Shown in pieces: positions 7,853-16,794 of a stretch of 17,619 nucleotides of DNA. The stretch's first letter is position 1. Each line of letters begins with the position of its first letter. Position numbers and translations under genes: made by a program. The DNA lies in the NCBI GenBank assembly GCA_044222065.1, contig JBGAOA010000079.1:1-17619 (forward strand). The letters run 5' to 3'. The notes under the pieces are model-generated. The model was not told where the DNA came from. It ran no database searches and saw only the letters and a list, made by a program, of their open reading frames with translations. Source of the DNA: Candidatus Eiseniibacteriota bacterium. Lineage in GTDB: Bacteria; Eisenbacteria; RBG-16-71-46.

Positions 7853-10297
7853 ATGCCCATCCCGACTTCGAACGGTCGTCCCGCGCGCGCTCGTCGCGCC
7901 GCCGCGACCGGCCTGCTCTGCTTCGCACTCCTCGCGGCGTTTGCGGCCGCGGCGTCCGCCGCCGCGGTGGACCCGCGCCTCTGGGTCACGAACGGCCGCG
8001 TCAACAAGCTGCTCCGGCAGGGCTCGACGCTCTACCTCGGCGGCAACTTCTCCGTCGTGGGACCGCAGACGGGCGGCGGCATGCCGGTCGACGCCGCGAC
8101 CGGCGCCGTGGACCTGGCCTCGCCGCAGGTCACGGGCACCGTCAACGCGGTCGTTCCGGACGGCGCGGGCGGCTGGTTCATCGGCGGCTCGTTCGACTCG
8201 GTCGGCGCGTACGCGCGCGCGAATCTCGCCCACGTGCTCTCGGACGGCAGCGTGGACGCGGCGTGGAACCCGGGCACGAGCGGCACGGTGAACGCGCTCG
8301 CGCTCGGCGACGGCCTGCTGTTCGCGGGCGGCACGTTCACGAGCGCGGGCGGCGCGGCGCACACGTTCCTCGCCGCGATCCGCGCCGCGACCGGCGCCGT
8401 GAAGCCGACGTGGACCGGCTCGGCGACGAGCAACGTGAACGCGCTCGCGTACAAGAACGGCCTGCTCTACGCGGGCGGCCTGTTCAACTTCGTGAGCGGC
8501 CAGCCGCGCGTCGGCATCGCGGCGCTCGACACCGCGACGGGCGCCGCGACGCCGTGGAACCCGAACCCGAACGGCGGCGTCAACGCGATCGTGTGCGGCG
8601 ACTCGATCGTCTACTTCGGCGGGCTGTTCACGACCGTCGGCGCGACCGCGCGCAACCGTGTCGCCGCCGCGATCACGACCTCGGGCACGCTCACGCCGTG
8701 GAATCCGAACTCGGGCGGCACCGTCTCGGCGCTCGTGCTCGACGGCGCGAGCGTGTACGTCGGCGGCGGCTTCTTCTCGATCGGCGGCGGCGTGCACAGC
8801 TACCTCGCGGCCGTGGACACGGCGACCGGGCTCGCGACCGCGTGGAACCCCGGCGTCGGGCTCAACGGCGGCATCGCCGGCATGACGCTGCTCGGTGACA
8901 CGCTGTACGTCGGCGGCACGTTCACGGGCTACAACACGACGCCGCGCTACTACCTCGCGGGCTTCGCGCGCTCGAACGCCGCGCTCGCCGTGTGGAACCC
9001 GATCGCCGGCTCGAGCGTGAACGCGCTCGCGAGCGCGGGCACGAAGGTGTTCGCGGGCGGGCTGTTCTCCACGGTCGGCGGCGTGCGGCGCCGCTACCTC
9101 GCGGCCCTCGACCTCGCGACGGGCCTCGCGTCGGCGTTCGATCCCAACCCCGACGGCGTCGTGAACGCGTTGCTGTACGCGAACGGCGCGCTCTACGCCG
9201 GCGGCGCGTTCCTCTCGGTCGGCACGCCGCAGGTGACGCGCCAGTACCTCGCCGCGTTCACGCCCGACTCGGGGAAGGCGCTCGCCTGGAATCCGAACGG
9301 CGCCGGCACCGTGAGCGCGCTCGCCTCGGACGGCGCGACGCTCTACGCGGGCGGCAACTTCACGAGCATGGGCGGACAGTCGCGCACGCGCCTCGCGGCG
9401 TTCGATCTCGCGAGCGGCGCGTTGCTGCCGTGGAATCCCGCGGCCACCGGCGCCGTGAGCACACTCGCGTGCAACGGCGGGCTCGTGTACGTGAGCGGGA
9501 ACTTTGCGAACCTCGGCGGCGTCGCGCGCAACTACGTGGGCGCCGTGGACGGCGCGACCGGCGTCACGGCGCCGTTCAACCCGAATCCCGGCGGCGTGCT
9601 GAGCGCGATCGTGATCTCGGGCGGCACGATGTACGCGGGAGGATTCTTCACGACGGTGGGCGGACAGCCGCGCTCGATGCTCGTGGCGCTCGACCTCGCG
9701 ACCGGGCTGCCGACGTCGTGGAACCCGGGCGCGAACAACGGCGTGAACGCGCTCGCCCTGAACGGCACGACGCTGTACGTCGGTGGCGGCTTCACGACGA
9801 TCTCGTCGCAGTCGCGCACGATGCTCGCCGCGCTCGACCTCGCGACCGGAGCCGCGCTGCCGTGGACCGCGCCGGTGAGCGGCTTGAGCGTGACGTCGCT
9901 CGCGCTCGGAAACGGCGCGGCGTTCGCGGGTGGCGACTTCTCGATCGTCGGCGGAGTCCGACGCCGGAACCTCGCGGGCGTGCTCGACAGCTCGCTCACG
10001 GTCTCGGTCGGCGACGCCGTCGCTTCGTCGCCGGCGCTCGACCTCGCCGCGCCGTTCCCGTTGCCGATGCGCGCCGCGAGCACCGTGCGCTTCACGCTCG
10101 CACGCGAGGCCCGCGTGGACCTGAAGCTCTACGACGCCGCCGGCCGCCGCGTGCGCGAGCTGCTGCGCGCGGCCCTGCTGCCGGCGGGCTCGCACGCGTT
10201 CCGGATCGAACGCGCCGGGCTCGAGCCGGGGCTCTACTTCCTCGAGCTGCGTCACGACGCAGGCCGCGCGAGCCGCAAGCTGGTCGTGCTGGAGTAG
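7853..10297 (+). CDS. Secreted 14-repeat beta-propeller protein with a T9SS type A/FlgD-like C-terminal domain, 814 aa
   Basis: ATG 7853 after GAGG, followed by a signal peptide. Fourteen ~48-aa repeats (VNALA....LYAGG.F..VGG..R..LAALD..TG....WNP). C-terminus FPLP...VRFTL...LYDAAGRRVR...GLYFLEL...RKLVVLE. Confidence 0.85.
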   Translation: MPIPTSNGRPARARRAAATGLLCFALLAAFAAAASAAAVDPRLWVTNGRVNKLLRQGSTLYLGGNFSVVGPQTGGGMPVDAATGAVDLASPQVTGTVNAVVPDGAGGWFIGGSFDSVGAYARANLAHVLSDGSVDAAWNPGTSGTVNALALGDGLLFAGGTFTSAGGAAHTFLAAIRAATGAVKPTWTGSATSNVNALAYKNGLLYAGGLFNFVSGQPRVGIAALDTATGAATPWNPNPNGGVNAIVCGDSIVYFGGLFTTVGATARNRVAAAITTSGTLTPWNPNSGGTVSALVLDGASVYVGGGFFSIGGGVHSYLAAVDTATGLATAWNPGVGLNGGIAGMTLLGDTLYVGGTFTGYNTTPRYYLAGFARSNAALAVWNPIAGSSVNALASAGTKVFAGGLFSTVGGVRRRYLAALDLATGLASAFDPNPDGVVNALLYANGALYAGGAFLSVGTPQVTRQYLAAFTPDSGKALAWNPNGAGTVSALASDGATLYAGGNFTSMGGQSRTRLAAFDLASGALLPWNPAATGAVSTLACNGGLVYVSGNFANLGGVARNYVGAVDGATGVTAPFNPNPGGVLSAIVISGGTMYAGGFFTTVGGQPRSMLVALDLATGLPTSWNPGANNGVNALALNGTTLYVGGGFTTISSQSRTMLAALDLATGAALPWTAPVSGLSVTSLALGNGAAFAGGDFSIVGGVRRRNLAGVLDSSLTVSVGDAVASSPALDLAAPFPLPMRAASTVRFTLAREARVDLKLYDAAGRRVRELLRAALLPAGSHAFRIERAGLEPGLYFLELRHDAGRASRKLVVLE

Positions 10298-10302
10298 GCG
10301 GG

Positions 10303-10328
10303 GCGCGCGTGCGCGATCGCACGCGCGC
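10303..10328 (+). terminator. GC-rich hairpin just after the propeller gene stop
   Basis: GCGCGCGTGCG-CGAT-CGCACGCGCGC, an 11-bp stem with no U-tract. Confidence 0.4.
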
Positions 10329-10356
10329 GGGTGAGCGCGGCTCTCGCGTCGCGCTC

Positions 10357-10516
10357 GCTCGCCGCGGAGCGGACGAGACGCCCGCTCGACGCGGGGGCGC
10401 GCGGCGTGGCTCCGCAGCGGAGCGGGCGAGGTCCCCGCACGTCTCGGAGCGAGTGCCGCGCGGCTCCGCCGCGGATGTCTCGGGGCTCTCGATCGCCTCG
10501 GGGCAGGTGCCGGACG
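10357..10516. repeat. Degenerate tandem repeat, 3 units of ~52-54 bp
   Basis: Units start at 10357, 10409 and 10463 with GCTC(C)GC(C/A)GCGGA. Units 2 and 3 match at 36/54 ungapped positions (hand count). Confidence 0.5.
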
Positions 10517-10555
10517 GATTCGCCAGGGAGTTCTCGGCCGCGCGCTGTGAGTTCG

Positions 10556-11793
10556 TCACGCATCGCGCGCCACCGCGATCGGGGGGCGCGGCAGGGAAGA
10601 AGCGGGCGAGAGCTGCTGGAGCGCCAAACGCAGGCGCTCTTTCATCGTCCGCTCTTCGAGCGTGTCGCACGTGCGCGCCACGGCCCGCGCCCTCTCGAGC
10701 GAGCAGCCGAGATGCCGCAGCCACGGGACGACGCTGCGATCGGGGTCGTTCTCGCGTGCCTCGCGTGCTTCGCGTTCCCGCTTCGCTTCGGCCGCGCGCT
10801 CGCGCTTCGTGTTCATGAAGCGCTCGCCGAGAGTTTGCTCGGCCTCGTACTGGTTGTGGGTTCGGCAGCGAAGCCTGAGATTGCCGACGGTCGAAGCGCC
10901 GCCTCTTGAGACGGGCGTTACGTGATCGAGTTCGAGGCGCGTGCGTGAGTCGCAGCGCTCGCCGTTCGTGCCGACGAACGTGCAGCGCGATTCATCGCGC
11001 GCCCACACGGCACGCTTCACTTCGGCTGGCACGTAGCGCGACTTACCGTCGCTCGTGCGCCGACCGGGGCGCGTCGTCTCCGCGCAGCGCCGCTTCTCGA
11101 GCTGCGCGATCAGCGCATCGAGCGCCCGATCGAGCACCTGCGCGACGTTCTTGTCGGGGATGGCGTGACTCAGAAGCTCGCGCGCGTGCTCGAGCTTGCG
11201 CTGCGTGTCGCCCGAGATCGTGACTTGAAGCGCGAAGCGCTCCGGAGCGAGCGGCGTCGTGCGGGACGGCGTGGCGTCATCGCTTTGAGCATTCGCAACG
11301 ACGCGCTCGCTTTTCGCCCCGGGGCGAAAACGGTCGTCACGGCGGCTCCGGCCGACGGCAGCGCCACGAGCGTCATCGGGACGCCGGGCTTCGGGAAGCG
11401 TTCCGCGAGCAATCGTTCGACGTCGGCCCGCGTCCCGTTGCTCGCGGCATCGATCAGAGCCTCTGCGTTCGCCCCCGTGAGATGCGGGGCGAGCAGCAGC
11501 GCCGTGCTCAAGTTCAGGCGGCCGTCGGCGAGCCGCTCGAAGATCGAGGGAAATCGGCGCGCGGCGCTCGCGACGCGAGTGCGCTTGTAGGCCATGTCGT
11601 CCGAGAGCTTGAGCACGCGCACGCAGTACTCGTGCATGGACGGGTACCCGGCCGGCGCGTAGAGCCTGCGGGCGTCGAACTCGCCGATCAGCGCGACGAC
11701 TTCGGCGAGCGTGGCGCGCTCATCGGCCGAGCGGGTGGCGAGGCGATGGGTGAGCGCGTCATCGGCCAGGTGCGACAGCGTACAGTTCTTCAC
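10556..11793 (-). pseudogene. DUF222/REP13E12-like HNH endonuclease split by a -1 frameshift (pseudogene, recoded gene or sequence error)
   Basis: GTG 11793 with GGAG RBS. N-half reads LIGEFDARRLYAPAGYPSMHEYC...AYKRTRVA..ARRFP. C-half lies in the -1 frame: PLAPERFALQVTI...VPAEVKRAVWARDESRC...C....LELDHVTP..RGG....NLRLRCRTHN. The halves join to about 412 aa if one base is added between ~11375 and ~11260. Confidence 0.8.
11311..11330. repeat. Perfect 20-bp palindrome within the frameshift interval
   Basis: TTTTCGCCCCGGGGCGAAAA is its own reverse complement. Confidence 0.9.
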
Positions 11794-12066
11794 GACGCAA
11801 CTCCGCCGGGGGCGGGTCACGCGGGGGCTGCGCGCAATTCATAGCACGCGTGATTTCGAGCGCCGTGCGTGCGCGGAGTCGCGTGATCGCGGCGCATCGA
11901 GACATCGCGCGAGCGATCGGCGCTTCGGTGCGATCCGCGCACGACGCTCGCAACGTGACGCGCCGCCGCCGGTCGACCGCCGAGTCGAACGAGGCGCCCT
12001 CCGAAATCCCGTCAAGGGCCATCGTGTCGCGCTCGCCACGCGCGGATCGTCAACCCGTGGGGCGGC

Positions 12067-12096
12067 GTGTCACCAACATCGAGACAGCGCTAGACT
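12067..12096 (+). promoter_or_regulatory. Possible sigma70 promoter of the hydrolase gene
   Basis: GTGTCA-N18-TAGACT, followed by an 11-bp hairpin (12103-12113/12130-12140) in the putative leader. Confidence 0.35.
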
Positions 12097-12192
12097 GCGG
12101 CCACGCTCGCCGCGAAACGGCATCGCGCGGCGGCGAGCGTCCGCCAACGCTTCCGCGCCCGGACCGAACGCGCGTCGCACGAGGTGCTCGTC

Positions 12193-13692
12193 ATGAACGC
12201 GAACGACGCTTCACGCTTCGAGCCGGACGCGCCGGCAGCGCCTGCCGCGCACGGCGCGCTCGCGTCGCGCCGGCTCCGGCGCGCGTTCGCGGCCCTCGCG
12301 CTGCTCACGCTCGCGGCGTCGCTCGCGACACTCGCGCCCGCCGCGGAGGCGGGCGCGGAGCCCGGCTTCGACCGCGCGACCGGCGACTGGCACGGCCGGA
12401 TCGACGTGTTCGGCCAGCTCCTGAAGATCGCCGTGAACTTCGGCGTCGCCCGCGGCGCCGACGGCGCCGACGTGCTGCAGGGCACGATCGGCATTCCCGC
12501 GCAGGGCGCGAAGGGGCTTCCGCTCGACGCCATCCGTCTCGCGGGGGACAGCCTCCAGTTCCGCATCCAGGGCGTTTCCGGTGAGCCGACCTTCCTCGGA
12601 GTCTTCGCGGGCGATTCGCTCGCGGGCGCCTTCCGGCAGATGGGCATCACCGCGAAGTTCGCGCTCTTCCGCGGCGTCGCGCCGCGCGAGGCGCGCGCTC
12701 AGGATCCGAAGCCGCCGTTCCCGTACCGCAGCGAGGACGTTTCGTTCGAGAGCGTCCCCGGTGTGACGCTCGGCGGCACGATCACGACGCCGCTCACCGG
12801 CGCGGGCGCCGTCGCCGCGGTGCTCGTCAGCGGGAGCGGGCCGCAGAATCGCGACGAGGAGATCGCGGGGCATCGGCCGTTCGCGGTGATCGCGGACGCG
12901 CTGAGCCGCGCGGGCGTCACCGTGCTGCGCTACGACGATCGCGGCGTCGGCGCATCCACGATCGCGGGCACCGATCCGACGACGCGCGACTTCGCCGACG
13001 ACGCGGCCGCGGCGGTGAGGTACCTGCGCGGCAGACCCGGCGTGAAGCGCGTCGGCGTCATCGGGCACAGCGAAGGCGGAATCGTCGCGCAGATCCTGTG
13101 CGCGCGTTCGAAGGACGTGGATTGGGCGGTGATGCTCGCCGGGCCCGCCGTCTCGGGGCGCGAACTGAACGTCGAGCAGGTCCGGCAGATGCTCCGCCTC
13201 GTCGGAGCGCCGGACTCGACGATCGCCGCTTCGGCCCGGGACGCCGCGATCGTCGACAGCCTGATCGAGCGCGGCGCGCCGCCCTCCGAAGTGAAGGCGC
13301 GCATTCGAGCGGCCGCGCACGCGCAGGGCCTCCGCGACTCGGCTTCGGTGGAGCGGCTCGTGAACACGCAGGCGGCGATGGCGTCGTCGGCCTGGTTCCG
13401 GGAGTTCCTGGCCTACGATCCGGCGCCGAACCTCCGCCGGATCCGTGTCCCCGTGCTCGCGTACTTCGGCGGCAAGGACGTGCAGGTGCCCGCCGCCCAG
13501 AACGAGGCCCCGATGCGAAGCGCGCTCGCGTCGAATCGCTCGGCGACGATCAAGACCTGGCCCGGGCTCAATCATCTCTTCCAGACGGCCGGAACCGGGC
13601 GCGTGAGCGAGTACGAGTCCATCGCGGAAACGTTCAATCCCGACGTGCTCGCCGAACTCGTCGCGTGGGTGCGGGGGCGGGCCGCGAAGTAG
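12193..13692 (+). CDS. Secreted alpha/beta-fold serine hydrolase (peptidase/esterase-like), 499 aa
   Basis: ATG 12193 after GAGGTG; signal peptide; GSGPQNRDE, LRYDDRGVG, nucleophile elbow GHSEGG, GGKDVQV (Asp) and GLNHLF (His). Confidence 0.9.
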   Translation: MNANDASRFEPDAPAAPAAHGALASRRLRRAFAALALLTLAASLATLAPAAEAGAEPGFDRATGDWHGRIDVFGQLLKIAVNFGVARGADGADVLQGTIGIPAQGAKGLPLDAIRLAGDSLQFRIQGVSGEPTFLGVFAGDSLAGAFRQMGITAKFALFRGVAPREARAQDPKPPFPYRSEDVSFESVPGVTLGGTITTPLTGAGAVAAVLVSGSGPQNRDEEIAGHRPFAVIADALSRAGVTVLRYDDRGVGASTIAGTDPTTRDFADDAAAAVRYLRGRPGVKRVGVIGHSEGGIVAQILCARSKDVDWAVMLAGPAVSGRELNVEQVRQMLRLVGAPDSTIAASARDAAIVDSLIERGAPPSEVKARIRAAAHAQGLRDSASVERLVNTQAAMASSAWFREFLAYDPAPNLRRIRVPVLAYFGGKDVQVPAAQNEAPMRSALASNRSATIKTWPGLNHLFQTAGTGRVSEYESIAETFNPDVLAELVAWVRGRAAK

Positions 13693-13790
13693 CGCGCGAA
13701 CTCACCGTGTGCCGCGGTCCGCGCCGTAGGGGCTCTCGTCGCGTTCTCGTGCTCGTCGCTGCCCTCGAGCACGCCGCACCGCGCGCGCCG

Positions 13791-13839
13791 AAAAAGACGC
13801 GACGCCCCGCGGGAAGGCATCCCGCGGGGCATTTGCGTC
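13791..13839 (-). terminator. Intrinsic terminator between convergent genes
   Basis: 11-bp stem GCCCCGCGGGA/TCCCGCGGGGC (13804-13830), extended by GACGC/GCGTC and followed on the minus strand by TTTTT (13795-13791). It starts 12 nt after the FG-GAP stop. Confidence 0.7.
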
Positions 13840-13851
13840 AGCGGCGCGGCG

Positions 13852-16614
13852 TCACGGCAGCACGACGAGCCGCTTCACTCCGCGCTCCGATCCCGCGCGC
13901 ACGCTCACGAAGTACACGCCCGCGGCGAGCGGGCGGCCGCCGTCGTCGGCGAGCGTCAGCACGCGCTCGTGGCGCCCCGCGCCGAGCGGGCCGCGCACGA
14001 GCGTGCGCAGGCGGCGGCCGGCGAGGTCCACGAGTTCGGCGCGCACGTCGGCCGCGAGCGGCAGGTCGAACGTGAGCCGCGACGTGCCGCCGCGCACCGG
14101 GTTCGGCGCGATCGCGAGCGCGAGTCGCGACGGCGCGACCGAAGGCGCGGGGCCGTCGTCCACGCCGCCCGTGCCCGGCGAGGTCGGGACCGCGGGCAGC
14201 ACGGCGAGGCCGGCGCTCGCGGCGATCCGGTTCGGCGGTCCCGGGCGCGAGCGCGTCGCAGAGGTCAGCACCGTGCCGGGAGTCACCACGACGAGGTCGT
14301 CGTGGCCGTCGCCGGTGACGTCGCCCGCCGCGATGTCGGCGAGCCGCGTCGCCGGCCAGATGAACGTCGCGTCGTAGTCGAGCAGGTACGGCGGCGACGC
14401 CGTGCCGCGCAGCACCGAGACGGTGCCGTACTCGTCGGGGGAGGAGTACGAGACGAGCAGATCGGGCACGTTGTCGTCGTTCACGTCGCCCCACGTCAGG
14501 CCCGAGGCCGTGCTCGAGCTGAAGGGGAACACGAACACGCCGTTCGTGCTCAGATCATTGCGCACGCACTGGACGAGCTTGAAGCCGAAGACATCGCCCG
14601 AGCGCACCGCGATCAACCGCAGCGGATCGCTCGCGCCGAAGGGCCGGAGCGCGAACGGCGGCGGGAAGAGGGACGGGTAGGTCTCGAGCGTCACCGCCAG
14701 AGGCACGCTCGCGGAGTCGCCGAACGTGAAATTCGGAGCCGGATCCATGAACCAGATCTCGAGCGCGTTCGTGTCGATGTTGAGCGTCGCGAGATCGAGC
14801 CGCCCGTCCGAGTTCCAGTCGACGGCGATCAGGCCCTGCCGCGCGCCCGATACCGTGAAGTCGGTCGCGCCGAGTGCGTGATCCACATGCACGGCGGTCG
14901 TGTTCGCGAACGAGTCGAAGAGCAGCCGCGCGTGGTCCGTGCTGCCGTCGTCGTCCATGTCGGCGACGTCGAATCCGGTGACCTGGTAGACGTACAACGC
15001 ACTCCAATCCTGAAGCGAGCCGTCGGGGTTCACGGTAGAGCTCGCCATGAAGTTGTCCGACGCCATCGCCAGTTGGAGCGGCCCCGTCGGCGACGGCCGG
15101 AACGGCGTCATGCGTTCCACCGGTCCGAACAGGACGTCGTCTGCCGCCGACGGCGTCGTCTGCAACAGCCCGCCGCCCATCTGGCCCGTGAACGTGCGGA
15201 TCGGATAGCTCGGAAACGTGAAGTTCACGTCCGTTCCGCCCACCGCCACGTCGGCGATGCCGTCGGCGCTGAGATCGGTCGCGATGATACAGGCCGCCTC
15301 GAGCGAGCCGAGGCCGTACGTCGTCGTGTTCGCAAACGATCCCAGGCCGTCGCCCGGGAGCAGCAGGAGCCGCGCGGGAACCGTGTTGGGCTGCGAGAGC
15401 GCGAGGTCGAGGAGCAGATCGCCGTCGAAGTCCGCGATCGCGACCGAGCGCGCGCCGAGGTTCGGTCCGCCGAGCGCGACGAACGTCGTCGAGAACGAGC
15501 CGCTTCCCATGTTGATGGCGACCTCGTAGCCGGGCGGGGAGAGGAACGACACGACGAAGTCGAGGTCGCCGTCGCCGTCGAGGTCGGCGCTCGCGATGTC
15601 GGACGCGTTCGGGGATCCCGTCGCCGCCGTCGGCACGACGTTCGTCGTGAACGCGTACGGCGGGCCGCCGGGCTGTCCGAGCAGCACGCGCACCGTGCCG
15701 TCGAGTTCGCGCACGATCAGGTCGTCGGTGGAATTGCCGTCGAACCTGCCGACGAACATCTGCTGGTTTCCGGACACGCCCCCGACCGGCACGCGCTGGT
15801 AGCCCCAGCATCCCGAGTTGCCGCCCCCCGCCCCCGCAGAGAAGGTGGACGTGAGCCACACGTTCGCGTGGACGAGCAGCGCGGCTTCGTTCGTGCCATC
15901 GCCGTTGAAGTCTCCGATCGCGCTCCCCCCCACGAAGTGCGAGGCCTGCTCGCAGTAGCCCGAGAGGTCGGTGCTGTAGGTCATCTTCGGGAACGGCTGA
16001 GTCGTTCCGAATTCGGGCAGGTACACGAACATCGGCGGATCGAAGATGGAGCCGCCGGGGACGAGCAGTCGCCATCTCGGCGTGGGGTCGCCGTTCGCGG
16101 GCAGCGTTCCGGGATTGCTGAACGGGCCGTTCATCGGAATGTCCACGAGCGCGCCCGTGAGCGAGGCGTCGGAGAAGACGCCGCCGAGGTCCATGCGAAT
16201 GCTCCACACCTCGGGGGCCGGGGTGTGCGCGGCATAGAGGAACTGACCGGTCCGATATCCGCCGCCGGGGGAGACGGCCGGCTCGTCGGTGTACGAGACG
16301 AACGGTGTGCCGTAGAGCTCCGGTCCGATTCCCGCGCTCGCGATGAAGGCCATGTTCCAGCGGCCGGCATCGCGCTTCCACACGCGCAGGGCGCGATCCT
16401 GGAACGAGCCGAGGATCTCGGGCACGCCGTCCTGATCGATGTCGCCGGCCGCGAGGTCGGTGGCGTGCCCCATGATGGCGTCGAACGGGATCACTTCGGG
16501 GCCCTTGAGCCGCGTTGCGGCCGAAGCGGACGGCGCGATCGTCGCGGCGAGAAGCAGGGCGGACAGAGCGGACCAGCCGAATCGAGGGACGGGCGAGGGG
16601 TGCCGAGGGCGCAT
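13852..16614 (-). CDS. Secreted FG-GAP/VCBS repeat protein with a T9SS type A/FlgD-like C-terminal domain, 920 aa
   Basis: ATG 16614 after GGAG; signal peptide ending ASA. About 10 DxxxDG..D-type Ca-binding motifs (e.g. ADLDGDGDLD, VDWNSDGRLD, GDVTGDGHDD). C-terminus APNPVRG...FDLP...DLAGRRLR...AAGVYFV...KRLVVLP. Confidence 0.88.
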   Translation of the reverse strand: MRPRHPSPVPRFGWSALSALLLAATIAPSASAATRLKGPEVIPFDAIMGHATDLAAGDIDQDGVPEILGSFQDRALRVWKRDAGRWNMAFIASAGIGPELYGTPFVSYTDEPAVSPGGGYRTGQFLYAAHTPAPEVWSIRMDLGGVFSDASLTGALVDIPMNGPFSNPGTLPANGDPTPRWRLLVPGGSIFDPPMFVYLPEFGTTQPFPKMTYSTDLSGYCEQASHFVGGSAIGDFNGDGTNEAALLVHANVWLTSTFSAGAGGGNSGCWGYQRVPVGGVSGNQQMFVGRFDGNSTDDLIVRELDGTVRVLLGQPGGPPYAFTTNVVPTAATGSPNASDIASADLDGDGDLDFVVSFLSPPGYEVAINMGSGSFSTTFVALGGPNLGARSVAIADFDGDLLLDLALSQPNTVPARLLLLPGDGLGSFANTTTYGLGSLEAACIIATDLSADGIADVAVGGTDVNFTFPSYPIRTFTGQMGGGLLQTTPSAADDVLFGPVERMTPFRPSPTGPLQLAMASDNFMASSTVNPDGSLQDWSALYVYQVTGFDVADMDDDGSTDHARLLFDSFANTTAVHVDHALGATDFTVSGARQGLIAVDWNSDGRLDLATLNIDTNALEIWFMDPAPNFTFGDSASVPLAVTLETYPSLFPPPFALRPFGASDPLRLIAVRSGDVFGFKLVQCVRNDLSTNGVFVFPFSSSTASGLTWGDVNDDNVPDLLVSYSSPDEYGTVSVLRGTASPPYLLDYDATFIWPATRLADIAAGDVTGDGHDDLVVVTPGTVLTSATRSRPGPPNRIAASAGLAVLPAVPTSPGTGGVDDGPAPSVAPSRLALAIAPNPVRGGTSRLTFDLPLAADVRAELVDLAGRRLRTLVRGPLGAGRHERVLTLADDGGRPLAAGVYFVSVRAGSERGVKRLVVLP

Positions 16615-16761
16615 GCCGGGACTCCGAGGGAGAACGTACGGGTGCCCCGGCTCGTCCGGGGCAGGACACGTGTGCCAACGCACGTCGCGGCGGCCGATCA
16701 CACGCGGCGTGCGAATTTCGACCTCGGTGAGTGGGGGCATCGCACCGGCGCCACGGCCCTC

Positions 16762-16770
16762 TGCTATTCT
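16762..16770 (+). promoter_or_regulatory. Extended -10 element upstream of the VanW-like gene
   Basis: TGCTATTCT (TGnTAnnnT), 24 nt before ATG 16795. Confidence 0.45.
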
Positions 16771-16794
16771 GCGCCCCGTCGCACGATTCCACGG

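Noticed and set aside
10357..10516. CRISPR-like mini-array next to a nuclease
   Set aside because: The repeats are highly degenerate, the would-be spacers resemble each other, and no cas genes are present. Kept only as a tandem repeat.
10556..11793. IscB/Cas9-like RNA-guided nuclease
   Set aside because: No PLMP or RuvC motifs were seen; the architecture fits the DUF222-like HNH family.
16661..16678. sigma54 promoter for the FG-GAP gene (minus strand TTGGCACACGTGTCCTGC)
   Set aside because: GG-to-GC spacing is 12 nt rather than the required 10.
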